A DNA stretch of 64,000 nucleotides from Aeromicrobium sp. (GTDB taxonomy: Bacteria; Actinomycetota; Actinomycetes; Propionibacteriales; Nocardioidaceae), in assembly GCA_035526415.1 (NCBI GenBank), contig DATLCL010000069.1, forward strand, positions 2,461 to 66,460. The letters run 5' to 3'. Made by a program: the position numbers and the translations under genes. The notes beneath the pieces were generated by a model. The model saw only the letters and a program-made list of their open reading frames with translations, searched no databases and was not told the origin of the DNA. Below are positions 29,960-38,362 of this stretch, piece after piece (position 1 is the stretch's first letter; every line of letters begins with the position of its first letter).

Positions 29960-30036
29960 AATCTCGGGTCTCGATACGCCCTCCGGGCTACTCGACCACC
30001 GAGCTCGATCACCGAAACATTTAGGAGAACAACCTC

Positions 30037-30276
30037 ATGGCTCCCAAGCCCCCTGTGCGCAAGCTCAAGAAGAAGAGCAACCCGCTCGCCGTTGCCGGCG
30101 TCACGACCATCGACTACAAGGACACCGCGTTGCTGCGGAAGTTCATCTCCGATCGCGGCAAGATCCGCGCCCGTCGCGTCACGGGCGTCACCGTCCAGGA
30201 GCAGCGCCAGATCGCCAAGGCGATCAAGAACGCTCGCGAAATGGCGCTCCTGCCCTACACCGCCAGCACTCGCTGA
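30037..30276 (+). CDS. rpsR: 30S ribosomal protein S18 (Cys-free)
   Basis: [35 protein letters not shown]. Confidence 0.98.
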   Translation: MAPKPPVRKLKKKSNPLAVAGVTTIDYKDTALLRKFISDRGKIRARRVTGVTVQEQRQIAKAIKNAREMALLPYTASTR

Positions 30277-30287
30277 AAGGTACTGAC

Positions 30288-30740
30288 ATGACCAAGCTCA
30301 TCCTCACGCACGAGGTCAGCAACCTCGGTGAGCCCGGCGACGTCGTCACGGTCAAGGACGGCTACGCGCGCAACTACCTGCTGCCGCGCAACTACGCCAT
30401 CCGTTGGACCCGCGGTGGGGCCAAGCAGGTCGATTCCATCCGTGCGGCCCGCGACGCCCGCGCGATCCACGACCGCGAGGACGCCGACGCCGTCAAGGCC
30501 AGGCTCGAGGCTGACGCCATCAATGTCTCCGTCCGTGCCGGCGAAGGCGGCCGGCTGTTCGGTGCAGTAACCGTCGGCACCATCGCCGACGCGCTCAACG
30601 AGGCGACGGGCGCGAACGTCGACAAGCGCCGCATCGACGTCGGCCAGCCGATCAAGGCGCTCGGCGCCCACCAGGTCACGGTGCGGGTGCATCCCGAGGT
30701 CACCGCTGACGTGCGGCTGAACGTGATCGCCAGCAAATAG
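30288..30740 (+). CDS. rplI: 50S ribosomal protein L9
   Basis: [34 protein letters not shown]. Confidence 0.98.
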   Translation: MTKLILTHEVSNLGEPGDVVTVKDGYARNYLLPRNYAIRWTRGGAKQVDSIRAARDARAIHDREDADAVKARLEADAINVSVRAGEGGRLFGAVTVGTIADALNEATGANVDKRRIDVGQPIKALGAHQVTVRVHPEVTADVRLNVIASK

Positions 30741-31191
30741 TCAAGACGGCAGGCACCTCGTGTGCCTGGTCCACGAGCTCGACCAGTTCTGGAATCTCCC
30801 CGAGGGGAGCGCCGGAGAACGGGTCGGGCTCATCCCGCCCCCACTCGTTCCACGAGCGGGAGGCGCCCCCTGTGTTGGCGACGGCCACCACTGCTCCGAT
30901 CCCGATCCCGAGCCGCTTCGTGTACCGGGTCAGGCCGGCCGCCGCAACGGCTCCGCGGCCGAAGCCAATGAGGGTGAGTTCATCGGGATTGCCGCCGCGC
31001 GCCGCGATGACGTCGCGGGCCTCGCGCACCGACGCCAGAAGGTCGGCCCGACCGGCGTCTTCGGCCGCCGGATGCCAGCGAGCGACGACGAAGTCGGCCG
31101 AAACGTCGGCCAAGAGCACAGGCACGGCGTCCTCGTTCTGCGTGGGGTCGAGCCAGACCAGGACGACAGGCCGACCGGGCTCGGTGGTCAC
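30700..31191 (-). CDS. Hypothetical protein, degenerate alpha/beta-hydrolase-like
   Basis: GTGA-coupled to the upstream catalase-like gene; [22 protein letters not shown] resembles a nucleophile elbow without Ser. Confidence 0.6.
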   Translation of the reverse strand: MTTEPGRPVVLVWLDPTQNEDAVPVLLADVSADFVVARWHPAAEDAGRADLLASVREARDVIAARGGNPDELTLIGFGRGAVAAAGLTRYTKRLGIGIGAVVAVANTGGASRSWNEWGRDEPDPFSGAPLGEIPELVELVDQAHEVPAVLTICWRSRSAARQR

Positions 31192-32120
31192 CCGTCGAGG
31201 TTGGCCGGACGCTGCGCTCCGGTGCGGCGGCGAACTGATTCGCTGTACACCCGCGACCGGAGCTTGAGCAGGGGATCATCGCTGAGCTCGATGCCGGCGA
31301 CAACGCGCGTCGGGTCGAACACCAGGATGTCGCCGTTCGTCTCGCGCCCGGTTTCCGGCGCGACGAGTTCCAGGGTTCCGGCGTCGATCACCGGTCGCGA
31401 TGCCGGCCATCGGACTGTCGGGTCGTCGGTCCGGTCACCGGGTTCGGCGACCTGGACCTTAAGGGTGAATCGCACTGGGCTCTTTGCGAGCCGTCGGTCG
31501 AACTCGTCGTGCAGGTAATCCGGGCCGAGGGCCTTTGCCGCTTTGGTGGTGAGGAAGTTGACGCCCGATTCTGGCTCCCAGGTGTACCGGACCGCGCGGT
31601 GGCCGCCGTCCGGGTCGACCCAGATGAAGGCGTGGACGGCGTGATAGCGCTGCTCGGCATAACTGGTCGGCGGCTTGAGTGCCTTGGCATCGGCCGCCAA
31701 GGCGGGCAGCACGGTCCGCGGGTCCTTGGCGACGAAGGCCGCCAGCCGAGCCAAGCCCGCAGGCGACGGTTCGTTGGCCTCGACGAACTCCACCATGCGG
31801 TCCAACGTCCGGACCGGGAACCGGGGAGCGCTCTGGGACACGATGTCCAACGTGTCCGCTCGGCTCGAGAACTTCACGGCGAGGCCGCGCACGTCTGGCG
31901 CGTAGTCCGGATGCTTCGGGTTGCCGGCACCGTTGGACACGCGCGCGACGACCGGGGTGGCGTCGCCCGAGAATGCCGCCGCGCTGGTGAGCGTGGTAGC
32001 CGCGGGTGTCGCGGCGAAGGTGCCGCGATACAGCCACCCCTTGGCATGCAATCGTCGGAAACCGTCATGGCTGCCGAACCGCTTCTCAAAGCTTGCAACC
32101 GCTTCCTCGGGTGTGACCAT
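31188..32120 (-). CDS. Catalase-related peroxidase (SrpA-like)
   Basis: RRLHAKG (distal His), VARVSNGAG, VRGLAVKF, FDPTR, DDPLLKLRSRVYSES (proximal Tyr). Confidence 0.9.
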   Translation of the reverse strand: MVTPEEAVASFEKRFGSHDGFRRLHAKGWLYRGTFAATPAATTLTSAAAFSGDATPVVARVSNGAGNPKHPDYAPDVRGLAVKFSSRADTLDIVSQSAPRFPVRTLDRMVEFVEANEPSPAGLARLAAFVAKDPRTVLPALAADAKALKPPTSYAEQRYHAVHAFIWVDPDGGHRAVRYTWEPESGVNFLTTKAAKALGPDYLHDEFDRRLAKSPVRFTLKVQVAEPGDRTDDPTVRWPASRPVIDAGTLELVAPETGRETNGDILVFDPTRVVAGIELSDDPLLKLRSRVYSESVRRRTGAQRPANLDG

Positions 32121-32205
32121 GGCCGTCACGCTACCGCCGAAGAAGCGATCCGGCTTTGCCGGTCGCGAACGTACGAAGAAGGTTGCTTGGGCGTCGGCGG
32201 GCGCC

Positions 32206-33540
32206 TCAGGGCGACTGCCGCCGACGATTCAGTGCCGTCCCCAGCACCATCCAGCGATCTGATCGCTCGCGCAGACCCAACGTCGCCAGCCGAGCCAGCA
32301 TGAACGCCGCATACGCAACCCAGAGCCAGGTGAAGCTCAAGCCGGCCAGCAGCAGGGCGACCGGTGCGTAGACGGCGAGCGTGAGGATGCCGGCCCACGC
32401 CAGGTAGCGACCGTCGCCGGCACCGATCAGCAGGCCATCCAGGACGAAGACGACGCCCGAGACGGGCTGGATGGCGGCAATGACGAGCAGCACCGGCACG
32501 AGCGCATGCCGAACCGCGGCATCCCCGGTGAAGGCCATGGCCACCAGCGGTGATGTGGCGGCGAGGACAGCTCCGGCCCCTACGCCGGTGACCACGCCCC
32601 AGCCCATCATGCGGCCGGCGAGCCGGCGCGTCTCGTCGGCGTCACCGGCGCCCAGCGTGCGGCCGGTCAGGGTCTGGCCGGCGATGGCGATGGCATCGAG
32701 GGCGTATGCGATGAAGGTGACGATGGCCATGGCCACCTGGTGCGCGGCGAGCGATGTATCGCCGAGCCGTGCCGCAAGGATCGTCGGGAGCAGGAGCGCG
32801 ATGCGCAGGGTCACGGTGCGGGCGAACAGTGGGACGCCGTCCCGGGCTGCGGACAGCACGGCGCTCGGGTGCGGACGGGTGACCGCCCCAGCTCGTCGTG
32901 CGCGCAGCGCGACGATCCCGGAAAGCCACAGCGCGCCACCCCACTGCGCAAGCGTGGTGCCGAGCGCTGAACCAGCGATGCCCAAGTGCAGTCCATAGAC
33001 GAACAGCACATTCAAGGCGATGTTGACGAGGTTCGCCACGACGGTGACGAGCAAGGGTGTGCGCAGGTCCAATTCGCCGCGTAGTGCGCCGGTGGCGGCG
33101 AGGCTGAGCAGCATCGCCGGCAGCGCGGTTGCCGTGATCGTGAGATAGATGTGCGCTTGGTCAGCGACGGCGGGTGATCCGGCGATCCATGCGGTCATGC
33201 CATCCGCTCCGGCGACGAGGGTCAGAGCCAAAGCAGCGCCGAGCGCCATTGCCAGCCAGAGTCCGCTGACGGCGATCGTGTGTGCTTCCTGCTGCGCGCC
33301 GGCTCCATGGCTGCGGGCCACCGCCGCGGTGCTGCCGTAGGCCAGGAAGATGCAGAGCCCGACCACGGTGTTGAGGATCGTCGCCGCAATGGCCAGCCCG
33401 GCCAACGGCGTGGTGCCGAGGTGACCCACGATCGCGGTGTCGGCCAGCACCATCAGTGGTTCGCTGACCAGCGCGAAAAGTGCGGGAACCGCAATGCGGA
33501 AGATCTGCCGATCGGTCGGCAAAAAACGGACCACGGTCAC
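32206..33540 (-). CDS. MATE (DinF-like) efflux transporter
   Basis: IAVPALFALVSEPL..DTAIVGHLG, FLAYGST, AAHQV, VFVLDGLLIGAGD; about 12 TMs. Confidence 0.93.
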   Translation of the reverse strand: MTVVRFLPTDRQIFRIAVPALFALVSEPLMVLADTAIVGHLGTTPLAGLAIAATILNTVVGLCIFLAYGSTAAVARSHGAGAQQEAHTIAVSGLWLAMALGAALALTLVAGADGMTAWIAGSPAVADQAHIYLTITATALPAMLLSLAATGALRGELDLRTPLLVTVVANLVNIALNVLFVYGLHLGIAGSALGTTLAQWGGALWLSGIVALRARRAGAVTRPHPSAVLSAARDGVPLFARTVTLRIALLLPTILAARLGDTSLAAHQVAMAIVTFIAYALDAIAIAGQTLTGRTLGAGDADETRRLAGRMMGWGVVTGVGAGAVLAATSPLVAMAFTGDAAVRHALVPVLLVIAAIQPVSGVVFVLDGLLIGAGDGRYLAWAGILTLAVYAPVALLLAGLSFTWLWVAYAAFMLARLATLGLRERSDRWMVLGTALNRRRQSP

Positions 33541-33550
33541 AGTTGTGGCC

Positions 33551-33798
33551 TGTGGACAGCGCCGTGGGCAACTCGTGAGTAGGGCTGCGCAGGATCTTTG
33601 TCGACACGTCGACCCGTTGCCGCGAAGACATCTTCCGTAAATCTTGACTCCACACTCTGTGCGCCATGTTTCCGCAGGTCAGACCGACTTTGAGGAGCCG
33701 ATGGGTGCCGCCGTCCACAGCTGCGTCCACCCCCTGTGCACATGCCCGGCGGCGTTTTGCACACGTGCGTTTCGGTTGTCCACATGCCCTGTTGATAA
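33551..33798. promoter_or_regulatory. DnaA-box cluster upstream of dnaB
   Basis: Perfect TTGTCCACA 33776-84; one-mismatch boxes 33551-59, 33598-606 and 33790-98; two-mismatch boxes 33563-71, 33711-19, 33734-42 and 33755-63. Confidence 0.8.
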
Positions 33799-33959
33799 CG
33801 GGCTTCCCGCCACGGCCGCACAGGCCTAGTGTGGCTCGGTCGGTGCGAATCGATCCGGGTGCGAGGAACCCGGCAAAACGCAGGTGAGTACCGGTGATCC
33901 GTGGACCGAATGTCGGGGGCGTTCCCTACGGTCAAGCACATGACAGGAGTCAATCACTG

Positions 33960-35357
33960 ATGGTCGCGGACCTGTACCCAGCCGAAGCCCCGGAGGACAT
34001 GCCGGGCGGTCGGGTTCCCCCACAGGACAACTTCGCTGAGCAGAGCGTGTTGGGCGCCATGCTGATGTCGAAGCAGGCGATCGACCCGGCGTCCGAGCTC
34101 CTGTCCGGGCGCGACTTCTACAGGCCGGCACATGAGCTCATCTTCGACGTCATCGTCGACCTCGCCAATCGCGGGGAGCCGGTCGATGCCCTCACCGTCA
34201 AGAGCGAGCTCCAGCGGCGCGGCGACCTGACCCGTATCGGCGGCGCGCCCTATCTGCATGACCTCGTCAACGCGGTGCCCAATGTCGCCAGCGCCGACTA
34301 CTACGCAGTGATCGTGCACGAGAAGGCGGTGTTGCGCCGCCTGATCGAGGTCGGCAACCGCATCTCTGCGCTGGGTTGGGCCGAGACCGGCGAACTCGAG
34401 TCGCTCGTTGACACCGCGCAGAAGGAGGTCATGGACGTCGACTCCTCGCGCGGCGTCGACGACTACCGCGACGTCGCATCGCTGTTGGGCGCCACGATTG
34501 ACGAGATCGAGGCGATCCAGGCCCGCGACGGCGTGATGGCCGGCCTGGGGTCTGGATTCGACGACCTCGATCGCATCACGACAGGCTTCCGGCCGGGCCA
34601 GATGATCGTCATCGCCGCCCGACCCGGCGTGGGCAAGTCGACGCTTGGCCTCGACTTCTGCCGGGCGGCCTCCATCCGACACTCCACGCCGTCGGCCATC
34701 TTCTCCCTGGAAATGACCGGCGCCGAAATCTCCATGCGCCTGCTGTCCGCTGAGGCCAAGGTGCCCATCCACCACATGCGTGGCGGCGGCATGAGCGAGG
34801 ACGACTGGAACCGCATCGGCCGAGCCATGCCGCGCGTCCAGAGCGCCCCGATCCTCATCGACGACTCGCCCAACCTGACCATGCCGGAGATCCGGGCCAA
34901 GGCGCGGCGCATGCACAAGCAGAACGGCATCGGGCTTGTCGTCATCGACTACCTGCAGCTCATGACGTCCGGCAAGCGGGTCGAGAACCGTCAGGTTGAG
35001 GTCTCGGAGTTCTCCCGCCAGATCAAGCTGCTGGCCAAGGAACTCGAAATCCCGGTCGTGGCCATCAGCCAGCTGAACCGTATGTCGGAGCAGGGCGGCG
35101 ACAAGAAGCCGCAACTGTCCAACCTGCGCGAGTCCGGCTCGATCGAGCAGGACGCTGACATCGTCCTGCTGGTCCACCGGCCCGAGCTGTATGGCGACGA
35201 CGAGCGCAAGGGCGAGGCCGACCTGATCGTCGCCAAGAACCGTTCCGGCCCCACGGACAGCGGGATCGCCGTCGGCTTCCAAGGCCACTACTCGCGGTTC
35301 GTGCCGATGGCCAAACAGTCCACGCCGCCGCCGCCCTCTGGCGACTTCTTCGGCTAG
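33960..35357 (+). CDS. dnaB: Replicative DNA helicase DnaB (no intein)
   Basis: PPQDNFAEQSVLG, AARPGVGKST, FSLEM, VIDYLQL, QLNR, LRESGSIEQDAD; AGGAG before ATG 33960. Confidence 0.98.
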   Translation: MVADLYPAEAPEDMPGGRVPPQDNFAEQSVLGAMLMSKQAIDPASELLSGRDFYRPAHELIFDVIVDLANRGEPVDALTVKSELQRRGDLTRIGGAPYLHDLVNAVPNVASADYYAVIVHEKAVLRRLIEVGNRISALGWAETGELESLVDTAQKEVMDVDSSRGVDDYRDVASLLGATIDEIEAIQARDGVMAGLGSGFDDLDRITTGFRPGQMIVIAARPGVGKSTLGLDFCRAASIRHSTPSAIFSLEMTGAEISMRLLSAEAKVPIHHMRGGGMSEDDWNRIGRAMPRVQSAPILIDDSPNLTMPEIRAKARRMHKQNGIGLVVIDYLQLMTSGKRVENRQVEVSEFSRQIKLLAKELEIPVVAISQLNRMSEQGGDKKPQLSNLRESGSIEQDADIVLLVHRPELYGDDERKGEADLIVAKNRSGPTDSGIAVGFQGHYSRFVPMAKQSTPPPPSGDFFG

Positions 35358-35980
35358 TCAGTCGTGGCGGTGCGCCGCAGCGCTTCGACGACCATCGGGA
35401 CGACTGAGACCAAAACGATGGCGATGGCGATGCCCTCCACATGGTCATGGATGAACTTGACGTTGCCGAGCCAGTAGCCCATGAGCGTGATGCCTGTCGC
35501 CCACAGCACGCCACCGACGGCCGACAGTGCGATGAACCGGGCGAAGCCCATTCGGCCGGCTCCGGCGACGGCCGTGATGAACGTGCGCACGATCGGGACG
35601 AAGCGGGCCAGGATGATCGCCGGAGCGCCGTACTTCTCGAAGAAGGCGTGGGTCTTGTCGAGGTACTCGGCCTTGAAGAAGCGGGAGTCCGGGCGTCGGA
35701 ACAGCGCGGGCCCGACTTTGGCGCCGATGGCATAGCCCGATGCGTTTCCGGCTATGGCTGCTGCCGTCAGGAGCACGCAGGTCGTGACGATGTTCGGCAT
35801 CGCGCCGACGTCCTGCGCTACCAGGATCCCGGCCGTGAAGAGCAGCGAGTCGCCCGGAAGGATGGGGAAGAGCAGGCCGCATTCGATGAACACGATGGCG
35901 GCTGCCACCCAGATCGCGGCGGGACCGAACGACACCAGGATGTGCTCGGCATCGAGCCAGTCCGGAATGAGGGTGAGCAT
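35354..35980 (-). CDS. DedA family membrane protein
   Basis: FIECGLLFPILPGDSLLF, ARFVPIVRTF. Confidence 0.93.
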   Translation of the reverse strand: MLTLIPDWLDAEHILVSFGPAAIWVAAAIVFIECGLLFPILPGDSLLFTAGILVAQDVGAMPNIVTTCVLLTAAAIAGNASGYAIGAKVGPALFRRPDSRFFKAEYLDKTHAFFEKYGAPAIILARFVPIVRTFITAVAGAGRMGFARFIALSAVGGVLWATGITLMGYWLGNVKFIHDHVEGIAIAIVLVSVVPMVVEALRRTATTD

Positions 35981-36035
35981 TGAGCGAGCCTACCGAGCAA
36001 TGCCGTGGGCTCCAGGCGTGGCTAGCATCGCGCAT

Positions 36036-37490
36036 ATGAGTGAGTCCGTCGTCGACAGTGTTCCGAAGCAACTCCTCATCGGCGACACCTGGCGGGACGC
36101 GACCGCCGGGGCGACATTCGCCGTCGAGGATCCGTCCACCGGCCTGCAGCTGGCACAGGTCGCCGACGCCGCCGTCGAGGACGGAACCCGAGCCCTGGAC
36201 GCAGCTGTCGCAGCCCAGCCGGAATGGGCGCGGTCGGCGCCGCGCGACCGCGGCGAGATCCTGCGCCGCGCCTTCGAACTGATCACGGCGCGCACCGACG
36301 ACCTCGCCCGGCTCATGACGCTGGAGATGGGCAAGACCCTGGCCGAGAGCCGCGCAGAGATCGCTTACGCAGCCGAGTTCTTCCGTTGGTTCTCCGAGGA
36401 GGCCGTTCGCATCCACGGCCGCTACTCGGTGGCGCCCAACGGCGCGTCGCGCCTCCTCACGCTCAAGCAGCCGGTGGGGCCGTGTCTGATGATCACGCCG
36501 TGGAACTTCCCGCTGGCCATGGCGACCCGCAAGATCGGTCCGGCCATCGCTGCCGGATGCACGATGGTGCTCAAGCCGGCCGGCCTGACGCCACTGAGCG
36601 CGCTGGCCGCGGCCGACATCCTGCGCGAAGCCGGACTGCCGGACGGCGTGCTGAACGTCGTCACCACCTCGCACACGGGCGCTGTCATGGCGCCGCTCAT
36701 CGCCGATCCGCGGCTGCGCAAGCTGACGTTCACCGGATCGACCGAAGTCGGTCGAACGCTCATCGAGCAGAGCGCGCAGAACCTGTTGCGGGTGTCGATG
36801 GAGTTGGGTGGGAATGCGCCGTTCCTCGTCTTCGACGACGCCGACCTCGATGCCGCCGTCGAGGGTGCCATGCTGGCCAAGATGCGCAACATCGGCGAAG
36901 CCTGCACGGCGGCGAACCGGTTCCTGGTGCAGGCGTCGATAGCCGACGAGTTCGCCGAGCGGCTCGCGGAGCGGATGTCCGCACTTCGCCTCGGCCGCGG
37001 CGTGGACGACGGCGTGGACGTCGGCCCCCTCGTCGAGGAGGCGCAGCGTACGAAGGTCGCCGAACTGGTCGACGATGCTGTCGGCCGGGGCGCGCGAGTG
37101 CTCACCGGCGGCTCGTTGGTCGATGGGGAGGGGTGGTTCTACCAGCCGACGGTCCTCACAGACGTGCCGAGGGCCGCTCGCCTGTGCGTGGAGGAGATCT
37201 TCGGGCCAGTCGCAGCCATCGTCCGGTTCGAGGACGAAGCCGAGGCGATCGAACAGGCCAACGCCACCGAGTACGGACTGGTCGCCTACGCCTTCACCCG
37301 TGACTTCGCGCGCGCCACCCGAGTATTTGAGGCGCTGGAGACCGGGATGGTCGGGCTCAACCAGGGCATCGTGTCCAACCCGGCGGCACCGTTCGGTGGC
37401 GTCAAGTCGTCCGGCTTCGGTCGTGAGGGCGGGTTCGAGGGCATCGATGAGTACCTCGAGACGAAGTACGTCGGCTTTCCCTGGGAGTAG
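36036..37490 (+). CDS. gabD: NAD(P)-dependent succinate-semialdehyde dehydrogenase
   Basis: ITPWNFPLAM, FTGSTEVG, MELGGNAP, GEAC, EEIFGPV, PFGGVKSSG. Confidence 0.9.
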   Translation: MSESVVDSVPKQLLIGDTWRDATAGATFAVEDPSTGLQLAQVADAAVEDGTRALDAAVAAQPEWARSAPRDRGEILRRAFELITARTDDLARLMTLEMGKTLAESRAEIAYAAEFFRWFSEEAVRIHGRYSVAPNGASRLLTLKQPVGPCLMITPWNFPLAMATRKIGPAIAAGCTMVLKPAGLTPLSALAAADILREAGLPDGVLNVVTTSHTGAVMAPLIADPRLRKLTFTGSTEVGRTLIEQSAQNLLRVSMELGGNAPFLVFDDADLDAAVEGAMLAKMRNIGEACTAANRFLVQASIADEFAERLAERMSALRLGRGVDDGVDVGPLVEEAQRTKVAELVDDAVGRGARVLTGGSLVDGEGWFYQPTVLTDVPRAARLCVEEIFGPVAAIVRFEDEAEAIEQANATEYGLVAYAFTRDFARATRVFEALETGMVGLNQGIVSNPAAPFGGVKSSGFGREGGFEGIDEYLETKYVGFPWE

Positions 37491-37543
37491 GCCCAGGAAT
37501 GGCACTGCCGCTGGGGTCGGCTCGTTACAGTCAGTCCGTGCGA

Positions 37544-38353
37544 ATGCGAGTGGGTTGTGCGACGGTCTTTGCCTGCGCCCTCCTGGCGTCGTGTACTCGC
37601 GCGGCGCCGGAACGGCATCCGGACCGAACGCTCGAGCCGAGCATCACCGAATCCTCTCCGATGCCCAGGACGAATCCGGACAACCGGACATGCACACTGC
37701 TGACTGAGAAGGACCGATCCGATCTGGTCGGCTACGACATGAACGCCGAACTTCCCGTACCGTCGGCCCCGGGAACCGAGGCGTGCACTTGGGTTCACTC
37801 GGTGAGGGAACCCGCGCACTCGGCGGTGCGCGTGACGACCTTGAGCACGCTGGCGTGGGCTCGCCAAGCCGCGCCGCAGATTACAGCCGCGATCGCCCAA
37901 CCCACGACCAAGAAGTCCCTGCGAGCCAAGCTGGAGGCTGCGCTGGTCAAGCTCATCAACGGGGCAGACGAACTTCCAGCCGAGGAGGTGTGCGAGGTGT
38001 ATCTCCTGCTGGCCGAGGCCAACGGAGCAACACGCAGCGACGAGCAGGTGTACTACGGGTGGATCGGTGCGATGCCGGCGGCCTTCGGAACCGCGTGCGA
38101 GGGCGGGATCATGACCATCGCCGGGTATGGCGAGTACGGCATCCGACCATCGTTGGCGCTGAATCGCGGTGTTGCCAAGCTGGCCGGAACGGCGAGTGAG
38201 CGAGCCGCCGAATCTCTGGCGCACGTGGACCACGACGGCGACGACCAGGAGAGCCGGTCACCGGAGGACAGCGCAAGCGACGGGGATGCGTCCCCGAGTC
38301 CTGAGCCGTCACCCAGCGAAACGGAGTCCGACTCCGACGACGGGTCCTCCTAA
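37544..38353 (+). CDS. Hypothetical lipoprotein (DUF3558-like pattern)
   Basis: Lipobox LASC; CTLLT...ACTW pattern; acidic Ser/Pro/Asp tail. Confidence 0.6.
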   Translation: MRVGCATVFACALLASCTRAAPERHPDRTLEPSITESSPMPRTNPDNRTCTLLTEKDRSDLVGYDMNAELPVPSAPGTEACTWVHSVREPAHSAVRVTTLSTLAWARQAAPQITAAIAQPTTKKSLRAKLEAALVKLINGADELPAEEVCEVYLLLAEANGATRSDEQVYYGWIGAMPAAFGTACEGGIMTIAGYGEYGIRPSLALNRGVAKLAGTASERAAESLAHVDHDGDDQESRSPEDSASDGDASPSPEPSPSETESDSDDGSS

Positions 38354-38362
38354 TCCGTCTAG

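Noticed and set aside
33541-33959. Second active replication origin
   Set aside because: No DnaA-trios or AT-rich unwinding element are visible, so it is kept only as a regulatory box cluster.
33960-35357. Intein in dnaB
   Set aside because: The length is normal (465 aa) and the helicase motifs are uninterrupted.
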